Shown piece by piece: positions 35,696 to 45,029 of a stretch of 64,000 nucleotides of DNA. The translations under genes and the position numbers were made by a program. The notes beneath the pieces were generated by a model. That model was given only the letters and a program-made list of their open reading frames with translations. It was not told the origin of the DNA and ran no database searches. Each line of letters begins with the position of its first letter. Positions within the stretch are counted from its first letter, which is position 1. This DNA comes from a virus: IMG/VR virus record IMGVR_UViG_3300027963_000040. One strand, 5' to 3'.

Positions 35696-37108
35696 TTACT
35701 TTTTTGCAACTGTTGGAATTGCTTCTTCTCTAATCTGCGGTACTAATTGCTCAATGCCTCTAATTTTACCCCACAAATCTTGTCTATCTTCTGGTAGCTG
35801 ATAATCTTCATCAATAGCAGTAATCTTGTAAGGAAGTGCTCCGGTAGCGGCTTCTAACGCAATAGCAAAGAATGGAAGATGATCCGAGTAAGCTGCATCA
35901 CAAGACAACTTGAAATACTCTCCTTCAAGAAACATACAGGAACCTTTACATACCTGTAATAGAGGACACTTGGCGCAATCATCTCTGAACTTCCAATGCG
36001 TCGATGTATTCAATTTCACATTGGCTAATTGATTAACATGCCCAATTCTATGAGACTTACCATTCGGAGCTTTTGAAACAGCCGTGACATTCTGACAGGT
36101 GAGCACATTGCCCTGAAGATCAACAGCCATGGTATCTTCTTGATCCATACCACACTTCTGACCTAAAGTGTCGGCTGATCTGTAATTACCCCAGCTATTA
36201 AGCCATTCTTGAACTCTTTGTTTGACAATGATGAAACGATTAATATCATTATTACGGATCGCCATCAAAGTAGTCATTCTATGACCTACATGTTCTTCAT
36301 CACCTTGTGGCACATTTTTTTTACCACCTTCATCATATACATCGATGAATCCACCTTCACCGATCATGAAATTGCTCTGTGGATTTAAATTAAACAGATC
36401 CTCAAAGAATGTCTGAATACTAGCGCGATCCATGTTTTCGCGATGCACCATTGAATTGATGCTGATTCTACCTTCAGGAAGGAAGCGATTGAATAATTTA
36501 AACAAGATTTTTCTTTGAACTGGATCTTCAAACGGATCTGGACCTCTTACATTCTGACCTGGACCATCGTGAGATACAGCCATGCTAAAACCCATGTCAT
36601 ACAACCAATCAATGATTTCTTCTGTGATCAAAGAGCCGTTAGTAATAACCGAAAATTTTGTTTTTGGATATTTTTCACGAAGACGTTCAGCCAATGGCTT
36701 CATGATCTTCCAATACACAAAAGGTTCACCACCCCAGAATTCAATTTTCTCTGGTGGGATCTTAAGCCAACTGTCCATGTTATTGATAAATCGATCCATC
36801 AATTTTGTATTCGAATGATCGATGTTCGGTACAAATCTTTGAGAACAATATTCACAAGAGTAGTTACAAGAAAGACCCATCTGAATCTTCAGAAGTTTAA
36901 TGTCCGACTTACTACCTGGAGTATTGACTGAGATTGGCTTTACAGCATCGTTTGACTTTTGAGACCATACCGGTTTGATGTTAACCAATTTGTTCTTAGA
37001 ATCAAAAATCTCAGAAGTCATATTATCGTAAATATAACTTACTTGATCCAATTTTTCAATTTTGTTATCAACAAAAACTGGTTTGGTACATTCTAATAAA
37101 AATTTCAT
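35696..37108 (-). CDS. radical SAM/SPASM-domain peptide or protein maturase
   Basis: CNYSCEYC, WGGEP, ITNG, SHDG; seven-Cys SPASM (KCG, TCQ, CAKCPLLQVCKGSC, SCD). Confidence 0.92.
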   Translation of the reverse strand: MKFLLECTKPVFVDNKIEKLDQVSYIYDNMTSEIFDSKNKLVNIKPVWSQKSNDAVKPISVNTPGSKSDIKLLKIQMGLSCNYSCEYCSQRFVPNIDHSNTKLMDRFINNMDSWLKIPPEKIEFWGGEPFVYWKIMKPLAERLREKYPKTKFSVITNGSLITEEIIDWLYDMGFSMAVSHDGPGQNVRGPDPFEDPVQRKILFKLFNRFLPEGRISINSMVHRENMDRASIQTFFEDLFNLNPQSNFMIGEGGFIDVYDEGGKKNVPQGDEEHVGHRMTTLMAIRNNDINRFIIVKQRVQEWLNSWGNYRSADTLGQKCGMDQEDTMAVDLQGNVLTCQNVTAVSKAPNGKSHRIGHVNQLANVKLNTSTHWKFRDDCAKCPLLQVCKGSCMFLEGEYFKLSCDAAYSDHLPFFAIALEAATGALPYKITAIDEDYQLPEDRQDLWGKIRGIEQLVPQIREEAIPTVAKK

Positions 37109-37136
37109 TATATATTTCCTTTATATCATTCACTAT

Positions 37137-37556
37137 TTATTTACACTGACAATTACAATCACATGCACAATCGCATGCACAAGCACAATTACAATTACAG
37201 TTATTGGTAACAACACCATATGGATTGCAATTATAAGTGCAAGCACAATTGCAATTGTATTGAAGCCAATATCTACCGTCACAATTTGCACAATTTACAT
37301 TATAACAATTTAGACAATTAACACAATTAGTTGGAAAATCGCATGCACAATTACAATTACAGGCACAATTTCCATTATTACAATTACCGTCATTGTTTTT
37401 CTGATACCATTCTTTATTATGAGAAGTGTTCAAATCCCAACCACGTTGACCATCTTTTGTATTATAATAGATGTCTGACATAGCAAACTGACCACCTGCG
37501 CCAATAACAGAGCGCACGTCACCAAAAGATATTGTTCCTGAAGTAGGTGTTCCCAT
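37137..37556 (-). CDS. Asn-Cys repeat protein B (candidate rSAM substrate or fibre-tip protein)
   Basis: 25 Cys in the last ~81 aa; GGA RBS; paralog of 37578-37985. Confidence 0.85.
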   Translation of the reverse strand: MGTPTSGTISFGDVRSVIGAGGQFAMSDIYYNTKDGQRGWDLNTSHNKEWYQKNNDGNCNNGNCACNCNCACDFPTNCVNCLNCYNVNCANCDGRYWLQYNCNCACTYNCNPYGVVTNNCNCNCACACDCACDCNCQCK

Positions 37557-37577
37557 ATCAATTTATTTCCGAATTAT

Positions 37578-37985
37578 TTATTTACACTGACAATCACAAT
37601 TACAATTACAATTACAATTGTTTTGAACACATTGTGAAGCATTGCAATTATACGGTCCGCAATTTCCATCATTACAGTTATTTTGTAACCCATAACCACC
37701 GCAATTGATACAATTAACATTTCCTGCATAAACACAATTTTGACAATTTTGTGGGAAATCGTAGCAATTACAGTTGAAAGTACAATTGCCGTTATTACAG
37801 TTGCCTTCGTTGGTCTTGTTGATATAAGCTTTACCGTAATAGTTACTCATAGCATAAGATTGTTGACCAGGTCTGGTGTTATTGTAAACATAAGCCATAT
37901 CGATGATTGTACCACTGGCGCCACCGCCATTGATTTCAACGTGAATATCATTTAAGCTTAAAGGACCACTGCCCGGTAACGTCAT
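37578..37985 (-). CDS. Asn-Cys repeat protein A (candidate rSAM substrate or fibre-tip protein)
   Basis: 18 Cys, 15 preceded by Asn; starts 1 nt after the stop of the S74 fibre gene. Confidence 0.85.
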   Translation of the reverse strand: MTLPGSGPLSLNDIHVEINGGGASGTIIDMAYVYNNTRPGQQSYAMSNYYGKAYINKTNEGNCNNGNCTFNCNCYDFPQNCQNCVYAGNVNCINCGGYGLQNNCNDGNCGPYNCNASQCVQNNCNCNCNCDCQCK

Positions 37986-37986
37986 G

Positions 37987-39252
37987 TTAAATTCTCTTTT
38001 CTAGTTCTTCAACTTTAGCGGAAAGCTCTTTGATGGCTTCAATTAACAACGGCACAATCTTTTCATACTGAACCGTTTTATAGTTTTCGCCTGATTTAGA
38101 GACATATGTATCCTCATCTATATATTCTCTATCAAATGGAGCCATCTGCACTGCTTCGGGAAGAATTGCTTCAATTTCGTGAGCAATAACACCAACTTGT
38201 TTGCTTTGATCTTTATAACCAAAACCTGCGGCAGTATCATTGCTATTGAATGTCACACCACGAATTGCTTTGACTTTATTCAGAGCATCTGGTATTAGAG
38301 TGATATTGGTTTTTAATCTTACATCAGAGTAATAAGCAATGATGTTACCCGAAGTATGTGTTTCACCTGAAGTGTAAGTCGAGCGAGTGAGAACAATATG
38401 AGCGCCATCCCAATAACTTGCAACCGCAAGGGTACCTTCGTAATATACTGGACCAACAACACCGCTTGATTGCACATAGCCATTGAAATCAAACCTGTCA
38501 CCACCATTGAAGTATAATCGCCTGTCGCCATTTCCAAATACTACTTGTCCTGTGCTACCACTACTTATGTAGGTACGAATTGACCCCGTTACCCCGATGT
38601 CAGAGGTAAATGTATCACCTGCTCTATTTGCAGGTGTATAACCCAATCTTGCTGGAATGTTTGTATAATAAGATGATAGCTGTCCGCTAAAATAAGTTGC
38701 ATTGTTAACAGTGCCATTAATTGCATTAGAATAAGCAGTTGCAGAATTGCCAGTGATTTGACTTTGAATTGTAGCAAGAGTTACGCCGCCATGATATGTG
38801 CTATTATTAGAAGTTAACGTTGCAACGTTAGCCGATAAACCAGCTGTAGTTTGATAGAGTGCAGCAGAATTAGCAACAGCATTACTGTAGGCAGAAGCAG
38901 CATTACCAGTGATCTGACCTTGAACCGTTGTTAATGTCAACCCACTAAAGTTATTTGAATTATTAGCAGTACCTTGATAGATTGTGGAATTGACTGTAAC
39001 ACCAGAAAGTGATAATTGTCCACCAGTAATACTTGTGTTAACAGTAGCATTACCAACAAAATATGATGATGTACTTATTGTGACGTTAGCACCAACCACA
39101 ATTGATGTGGTAGCATTAGCTGTTGCTGTATTAACGGATGTTGCATTGAGTGATGTTGCAGTGATGACTGATGCATTGACTGCAGTTGAATTAGCTGTGA
39201 AGTTTCCGTTGACGGTTAGCCCGTTCTTTACTACGAAATTGTTATTTGCCAT
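37987..39252 (-). CDS. tail fibre with C-terminal peptidase-S74 intramolecular chaperone
   Basis: YSDVRLKTNI, VGVIAHE, YEKIVPLLIEAIKEL. Confidence 0.9.
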   Translation of the reverse strand: MANNNFVVKNGLTVNGNFTANSTAVNASVITATSLNATSVNTATANATTSIVVGANVTISTSSYFVGNATVNTSITGGQLSLSGVTVNSTIYQGTANNSNNFSGLTLTTVQGQITGNAASAYSNAVANSAALYQTTAGLSANVATLTSNNSTYHGGVTLATIQSQITGNSATAYSNAINGTVNNATYFSGQLSSYYTNIPARLGYTPANRAGDTFTSDIGVTGSIRTYISSGSTGQVVFGNGDRRLYFNGGDRFDFNGYVQSSGVVGPVYYEGTLAVASYWDGAHIVLTRSTYTSGETHTSGNIIAYYSDVRLKTNITLIPDALNKVKAIRGVTFNSNDTAAGFGYKDQSKQVGVIAHEIEAILPEAVQMAPFDREYIDEDTYVSKSGENYKTVQYEKIVPLLIEAIKELSAKVEELEKRI

Positions 39253-39285
39253 CTCAGTTCCCTATCCCTTGAGATTGTTTTTTAC

Positions 39286-39293
39286 TATTTATA
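39286..39293 (-). promoter_or_regulatory. late promoter of the fibre/Cys-protein/rSAM operon
   Basis: TATAAATA. Confidence 0.75.
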
Positions 39294-39663
39294 CCCAAGG
39301 TAAAGCTTTAGGCAATATAGGATTTTTTAAAAGATTTAATTTTTTTTGCAATAATTCATTAATTTTATCATCCGGAGACAATGCATATTTTTCGCCAGGC
39401 ATTTGTCCAGGTATAGTTTTTGCTGTAATTATACTTTTAATCCATGACACAATAAGATCTTTGTTTAGTTCGTTAAATGGTACATAATCTTGCGGTAGAA
39501 CATCGACAGCGGTGAATTCAGTTTCGCCATCAAAAACGACTGTATTACCATCTTCGTCGATTGCAATTTTTTTCCAATGAATTAACACAACAGCATCAGG
39601 ATGATCCGGTGATTCATTTCTTACATATAAATTAGTAATTTCCCAATCATATTTTATCGTCAT
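39289..39663 (-). CDS. tail-fibre-associated hypothetical protein
   Basis: 124 aa, between two S74 fibres, ends LPW. Confidence 0.7.
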   Translation of the reverse strand: MTIKYDWEITNLYVRNESPDHPDAVVLIHWKKIAIDEDGNTVVFDGETEFTAVDVLPQDYVPFNELNKDLIVSWIKSIITAKTIPGQMPGEKYALSPDDKINELLQKKLNLLKNPILPKALPWV

Positions 39664-39666
39664 TGT

Positions 39667-41496
39667 TTATTCTTTCTGTAAGAGTTTTAACTGTTTTTTC
39701 AAATCCTCAACTTCACCAAGTAGACCTTTTACAGCCTCAACCAAAACTGGTATTAGTTTTTTTTCATCTACTGTTAAGTATGGGTCTTCTGGATCATAAT
39801 TGATGTCATCTTTCGGTGTGAGCGTCCCATCAGCTTCTTTATTTTTATATTGTAACAACTGAACTGAAGCTGCTTGAGGTAATACTGCTTTGACTTCTTG
39901 TGCAATAAGACCTATCTGCACACCAGGCTCGGTATTCTCTAATATTTTGTTGCCAATATCATTCCATTCGAAACGATAACCGTTAAGACCATTAATGATA
40001 TCACGCCAATCATCAATCTTTTTTATATTCTTTTTGAGGCGTCTATCTGACCAATAAGCTATGATATTACCTGTGGCATATATATTACCGCCTGCTTCAA
40101 ATAGCCAACGTGTTACATCGTCTTGTGTACGAAAACCATGAGACCACTGATTTGACGCACCACCTCTATAATACGAAGTGTCACCATAAACAAAATTCAA
40201 TCGTGCCCAGCCTTCAGAAGAATAATTCCAAGTTCCAGTATTAAGGTTTAAATAATTTAATCGTGACTGTCCATTTGGATTGCAATAATACCCAGTGTCA
40301 TCACTATCGTAGAATATAGGAGCTCTTAATGAACCACCCGCCTGAAGAAAAGCGCTCGTCTCAAAGTTAGTGCCATTAAAGTATAGATAGTTACCGCCGT
40401 TACCAAAATAATAAACACCAGTAGTTGGCGAGCCAGGTCTATAAGCATTTACATCGCCTGCAACATGAAGCTTATATGTCGGTGAAGTCACACCAATTCC
40501 CGTGTTACCATTAGAATCAATACGCACGCGTTCAGCATTATTTGTAGCAAAAACCAATGTTCCATCAGCTGGTGAAAACATTCCACCGTCAGTATCATTG
40601 GTGCCAAAAGAATATCCAGCAACACCCGTTCCATAAGTTGCACCACCCAAAGCCCTGATACCACCATTCACATCAAGTCTTGCGGTTGGTGAAGTTTGAT
40701 TGATTCCCATATTACCACTAGAATCAATACGCACACGTTCAGCTGATGATGTATACAAACTTATGATTCCATTGGCAGCACTTCCAAGTTGCCCAATATG
40801 CATTACCATATTATTTGCAATAGAAAACATTCTGGGATTATTTGTACCAGCAACATCAACATATAAGCCCACGGTTGTATTGTCTGGGTTTAGAAAATTT
40901 ATTTCTCCACCTTCGCTGCTGCCGCCATTTAAGAATGTACCAACACCATCAGTTTTACTACCACCAACTACATGCAATTTACCAGTGGGAGATGCCGTAC
41001 CAATACCTACGTTACCATTAGCAACAAAATAAGCTGAAGTTCCAATAGTGAATGTGTTAGTAGAAGAGCTATTAGCAAATGTGGCAGTGCCTTGGTAAAT
41101 TGTAGAATTAACGGTTACACCTGATATAGAAATCTGACCTGCAGTTATATTTGTATTTACTGATGTATTGCCGACATAATGCGTTGTAGCATTGATAAAT
41201 GAATTTGTACTAACATATAAAAATGAGCTAGAAGATAAAGTGACATTGCCAGACACATTAGCGGCGCCAACAATATCAAGTTTTGCTGTAGGAGATGCAG
41301 TACCAATACCTACGTTTCCATTAGCAACAAAATAAGCTGAGGTTCCAATTGTTGCAACATTGGTCGTTGTGGTCAAATTAGCCGAATTAGCAGTACCAAC
41401 AGACATCGATGTAATAGCAGTCGCATTAGCGGTTATGCTATTATACATAGCATTTGCTATAAAACCAAAATTTGAGAGATCATTTGTAATAGTCAT
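39667..41496 (-). CDS. tail fibre with peptidase-S74 chaperone
   Basis: GNVGIGTASPT repeats, ERVRIDSxGN, WSDRRLKKNI, GLIAQEV. Confidence 0.9.
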   Translation of the reverse strand: MTITNDLSNFGFIANAMYNSITANATAITSMSVGTANSANLTTTTNVATIGTSAYFVANGNVGIGTASPTAKLDIVGAANVSGNVTLSSSSFLYVSTNSFINATTHYVGNTSVNTNITAGQISISGVTVNSTIYQGTATFANSSSTNTFTIGTSAYFVANGNVGIGTASPTGKLHVVGGSKTDGVGTFLNGGSSEGGEINFLNPDNTTVGLYVDVAGTNNPRMFSIANNMVMHIGQLGSAANGIISLYTSSAERVRIDSSGNMGINQTSPTARLDVNGGIRALGGATYGTGVAGYSFGTNDTDGGMFSPADGTLVFATNNAERVRIDSNGNTGIGVTSPTYKLHVAGDVNAYRPGSPTTGVYYFGNGGNYLYFNGTNFETSAFLQAGGSLRAPIFYDSDDTGYYCNPNGQSRLNYLNLNTGTWNYSSEGWARLNFVYGDTSYYRGGASNQWSHGFRTQDDVTRWLFEAGGNIYATGNIIAYWSDRRLKKNIKKIDDWRDIINGLNGYRFEWNDIGNKILENTEPGVQIGLIAQEVKAVLPQAASVQLLQYKNKEADGTLTPKDDINYDPEDPYLTVDEKKLIPVLVEAVKGLLGEVEDLKKQLKLLQKE

Positions 41497-41687
41497 TGAT
41501 TATTACTTTCTTCTGCTGGCTTGATAATAAGATCGTCAGATTCAACTAATTGCATGATGTTGGCGTAGTCAGTGTTGGCTGGGTCGATGGGCACAGATGA
41601 AGTAACGCCATTGATATCGACCCTTATGCCGCCAATTGTTGACGTGCCTAAAATGCAATAATATTGCGCGTTTGTGTATTTCTGCAT
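41493..41687 (-). CDS. small fibre-associated protein (copy 2)
   Basis: 64 aa from ATG 41687, VPIDPANTDY; paralog of 42712-42906. Confidence 0.8.
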   Translation of the reverse strand: MQKYTNAQYYCILGTSTIGGIRVDINGVTSSVPIDPANTDYANIMQLVESDDLIIKPAEESNNQ

Positions 41688-41689
41688 TA

Positions 41690-42715
41690 TTAAAGCTCCG
41701 CTGCAAAAGTTAAATAAGTAGTCGAATCTATTGTAGAAAATGCAAACCCGGCTGGAACAGACACTGCCGCAAATCGCATTGCCATTGAACCGCTGCCCGC
41801 AAATATTGATGGAGTTCCAGATATATTCCCTGCCGTCCATGTACCAACAATTGTTGCAGTTGGATTTGCTCTCATTGTTGCTGGATAAGTCAATGTTAAA
41901 GTGCCGTAGTTACCCGAAGTGGCATATCCAGCAAAATAAATATCAGCAGCCGTGTTGCCGCCAAGCTTTAAAAAATACCGCTGGCACAGCATCAACGTCT
42001 CGCCAATCGGCAGCCGCTCAAATGGAGTAGCTACACTACCAGCTTCTAGTTGAACATTGCCAATTGTCCAGGTTCCGGAAGTCTGCGCGCCCACCGTCAG
42101 CACAATCTCAATCCCGGTTGTGGCTGCGCTCGGGACGCTGACAGAAGCTGTGTAGTTAGTGACGGTGCTAGTCACGGTAAACGTGCCGGTGGCAATCTGC
42201 GTGCGCGTGGGGCTTGCTAACGTGCCAAAGGTATCAGCCGTATTGGCGTAGTAAGCCGTCCATGTCACTGTAGTCAGCAGCGAGTTTGCCAGATCAACGC
42301 TAAAGGTTGCCGTGCCGTTGTTTAGATCATAACTATTGATAGCCTCAACTCGCTGACCAAAACCGATTGCAGTAACGCTCGCCGCTCCTGTGAACCTGTA
42401 ACGATACTGATCGATACCAGAACCAGCAACACGTTGCCCTGTTACGTTAGCTCCAGTACAATAACCATAGAAACGATCCACGCTGTAGGCTAGAGCAGCT
42501 GCAGCAGTAAATGTTTGCGCCGATCCAGCATTGCGCTGGTCAACAGCCATACCGCCATTAATGATTCTATTACGGCGATATCCATTTGTTAATGTTGGTA
42601 ATACCGTAGTACCATTGATTGTCATTCCAGTCACTGCAGTATTATTAGCAGTTATGCTATTATATACAGCATTAGCTATTGTAGCTACCTTGGAAAGACC
42701 TACTGAATCAGTCAT
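41690..42715 (-). CDS. tail fibre / receptor-binding protein
   Basis: RNRIING...QLEAGSVATPFE...LCQRY module with variable C-terminus. Confidence 0.8.
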   Translation of the reverse strand: MTDSVGLSKVATIANAVYNSITANNTAVTGMTINGTTVLPTLTNGYRRNRIINGGMAVDQRNAGSAQTFTAAAALAYSVDRFYGYCTGANVTGQRVAGSGIDQYRYRFTGAASVTAIGFGQRVEAINSYDLNNGTATFSVDLANSLLTTVTWTAYYANTADTFGTLASPTRTQIATGTFTVTSTVTNYTASVSVPSAATTGIEIVLTVGAQTSGTWTIGNVQLEAGSVATPFERLPIGETLMLCQRYFLKLGGNTAADIYFAGYATSGNYGTLTLTYPATMRANPTATIVGTWTAGNISGTPSIFAGSGSMAMRFAAVSVPAGFAFSTIDSTTYLTFAAEL

Positions 42716-42906
42716 TGATTATTGCTTTCTTCTGCTGGTTTGATAATAAGATCACCAGATTCAACTAGTTGCATGATGTTGGAATAGTCAGTATTGGCTG
42801 GGTCAAGTGGGACAAACGAAAGCACTCCATTGATGTCAACAGAAATACAAGTCACGATACCGCTGTATTTATCTGTAATATATTGAATATTAGTGTATGT
42901 AATCAT
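42712..42906 (-). CDS. small fibre-associated protein (copy 1)
   Basis: VPLDPANTDY; paralog of 41493-41687. Confidence 0.8.
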   Translation of the reverse strand: MITYTNIQYITDKYSGIVTCISVDINGVLSFVPLDPANTDYSNIMQLVESGDLIIKPAEESNNQ

Positions 42907-42908
42907 GA

Positions 42909-45029
42909 TTATAACTCCGCTGAAAGAATACCAGGACCTGAGTAAACTAGAGGTTGACCAATTGTACCAGCATTGGATGTTGAAGTACCGTCAAATTTTA
43001 TTCCTTGATTGTTTATAGAAATATTTGCAACAGTTGCTGTCACACCTCCAAAACCAATAAGTTGAAAAGATGTTGAAGTTCCACTAAGAGTTGGAGCTGC
43101 GCGCATTGTCCCAGGAAACTTAAAAAATGTTGCCCCGGCATTAGTACTATACATGGTTCCCACCGGACCAAACTCCCCAGAATTAGGCAGCACATTGCAA
43201 TATCGCTGACATAACATTAGCATCTCACCAATCGGCAACCGTTCAAATGGTGTGGCTACACTACCAGATTCTAGTTGAAAATTACCAATAACCCAAGTTC
43301 CAGAAGTCTGAGCACCTACGGTAAATACAATCTCGATACCAGTTGTGGCTGCAGCTGGAATACTAATTGAAGCGGAATAATTTGTCACTGTGCTTGTGAC
43401 AGTAAAAGTTCCTGTTGCAATTTGTGTGCGTGTAGGACTTGCTAGCGATCCAAATGTATCCGCTGTATTTGCATAATAAGCAGTCCACGTCACTGTTGTT
43501 AATAATGAATTTGATAAGTCAACACTTAAAATGGCTGTGCTATTATTTAAATCATAGCTATTGGAAGTTTCGATACGCTGCGCAAAACCAATTGCTGTAA
43601 CACTTGCTGCACCAGTAAACTGATAACGATATTGTGTTGTACCAGAACCAGCAACACGCTGACCTGTTACGTTAGCACCAGTACAATATCCATACCATCG
43701 ATCCACACTATATGCTAAGGCTGCTCCTGCAGTAAAAGTCTGTGCTGAACCAGAATTGCGCTGGTCAATTTGCATTGCACCATTGATGATTCTATTACGT
43801 CTGAATCCACCAGTACTTGGATATACAGAATTGCCATTCATTGAAATAGCAGCTGCAGTAATATTTGTGTTTACAGTTGAATTGCCAACAAATGCAGAAG
43901 TTGCATTGACAACAACATTTGATCCAACTAAAAGAGAAGCATTGCTGACTGATAAGTTAGCAGTGAAACTTAGTGTATTAGACCAAGTGTATTGAGCTGT
44001 TGTATTGATTGCAGCAAGTGAAACCGAATTATATCCAACAACATCGACGATATCATTTGATAAAGCTGCAGCAGCAAGAACAACAGTTGAACCATTTGTT
44101 GCTGTTACTTCAGTACCATTGATTAGCTTCACACCATTCTTGTATACGTCAATATAGTTAACAGTATAACCGCCAGTTATAGTAAATGATGTATTGACAG
44201 TGGAGTTAGCCGTGAATGTTTGTCTGACATAAGTTGCTCCACTTATAAGTGATCCAACACCTTGATAACCAAACACATCAACAACTTGACCATTCAATGG
44301 AGCAGTAGTAAAGTTAACAGTTGAACCTGAAGTGACAGTCACATCAGATCCGGGAACTTGTTTTACACCACCGACAAAAACTTCAATAGCAGAAGGTATG
44401 TAACCGCCAGCTATGGTGAAAGTATTACTAGTGCCGTTAGCTGTAAACTGTTGAGATATGTAAGAAGAATAGCTATATGATCCGGTACTAAGTGTACCAG
44501 CATTGAATGCAACAACATCAATAACTGTATTACTTGGTGCAGCAGCAGCTAAAGTAACAATGCTACCACTTGTTACATCAACATCGGTGCCATTGATTAG
44601 TTTTACACCGTTCTTGTAAACATCAATATAACCGGGACTATATCCACCCACTATTGTAAATGTCGTATTTACCGTAGCATTAGCAGTGAATGTTTGTCTT
44701 ATAGAACTAGCACCCGATGAAGAGCCCCAATAAACACCAGATCCATTTGATGTTAAAATCTGATTAGCTGTTCCAGTAGAACCATTTGCAATCAATCTTT
44801 GCGAATTACCGATAGCAACTGTTGTTGTATTAACCGTAAAACGCGAAGTTGCATTACCAACAGCAATAGTTGTATTGTTCGATCCAATTTCGAAAATACC
44901 AGTAGCGTTAGCCGAGAATAAAATTCCGTCAGTAGTATTGATAGCAAGCTCTCCGGAAGACACTGTTGTTGTCGTTGGACGAGTACCACTTACTGCATTT
45001 CTTCTTAGCTGAAAGACTGTATTAGCCAT
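42909..45029 (-). CDS. tail fibre protein with three beta-repeat domains and an LCQRY module
   Basis: N-terminal QLRR...GELAIN; three QxFTAN...V(Y/F)xxGVK repeats; C-terminal module shared with 41690-42715. Confidence 0.85.
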   Translation of the reverse strand: MANTVFQLRRNAVSGTRPTTTTVSSGELAINTTDGILFSANATGIFEIGSNNTTIAVGNATSRFTVNTTTVAIGNSQRLIANGSTGTANQILTSNGSGVYWGSSSGASSIRQTFTANATVNTTFTIVGGYSPGYIDVYKNGVKLINGTDVDVTSGSIVTLAAAAPSNTVIDVVAFNAGTLSTGSYSYSSYISQQFTANGTSNTFTIAGGYIPSAIEVFVGGVKQVPGSDVTVTSGSTVNFTTAPLNGQVVDVFGYQGVGSLISGATYVRQTFTANSTVNTSFTITGGYTVNYIDVYKNGVKLINGTEVTATNGSTVVLAAAALSNDIVDVVGYNSVSLAAINTTAQYTWSNTLSFTANLSVSNASLLVGSNVVVNATSAFVGNSTVNTNITAAAISMNGNSVYPSTGGFRRNRIINGAMQIDQRNSGSAQTFTAGAALAYSVDRWYGYCTGANVTGQRVAGSGTTQYRYQFTGAASVTAIGFAQRIETSNSYDLNNSTAILSVDLSNSLLTTVTWTAYYANTADTFGSLASPTRTQIATGTFTVTSTVTNYSASISIPAAATTGIEIVFTVGAQTSGTWVIGNFQLESGSVATPFERLPIGEMLMLCQRYCNVLPNSGEFGPVGTMYSTNAGATFFKFPGTMRAAPTLSGTSTSFQLIGFGGVTATVANISINNQGIKFDGTSTSNAGTIGQPLVYSGPGILSAEL

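Noticed and set aside
35696-37108. rSAM as an anaerobic sulfatase maturase, or as a QueE/NrdG/MoaA-type enzyme
   Set aside because: No sulfatase, queuosine or ribonucleotide-reductase genes nearby; the full SPASM domain and adjacent Cys-rich small proteins fit a peptide maturase better, though this is unproven.
37137-37830. Short-period caatt repeats as a CRISPR array or non-coding satellite
   Set aside because: Fully explained by Asn-Cys codons in two ORFs; there is no repeat-spacer structure.
41493-41840. 115-aa ORF as given in the track
   Set aside because: The upstream part overlaps the fibre gene; paralogy with 42712-42906 supports a start at 41687.
41690-45029. Diversity-generating retroelement (template and variable repeats) in the duplicated fibre module
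   Set aside because: No reverse transcriptase in the window; both copies are coding, and the differences are mostly synonymous rather than adenine-specific.
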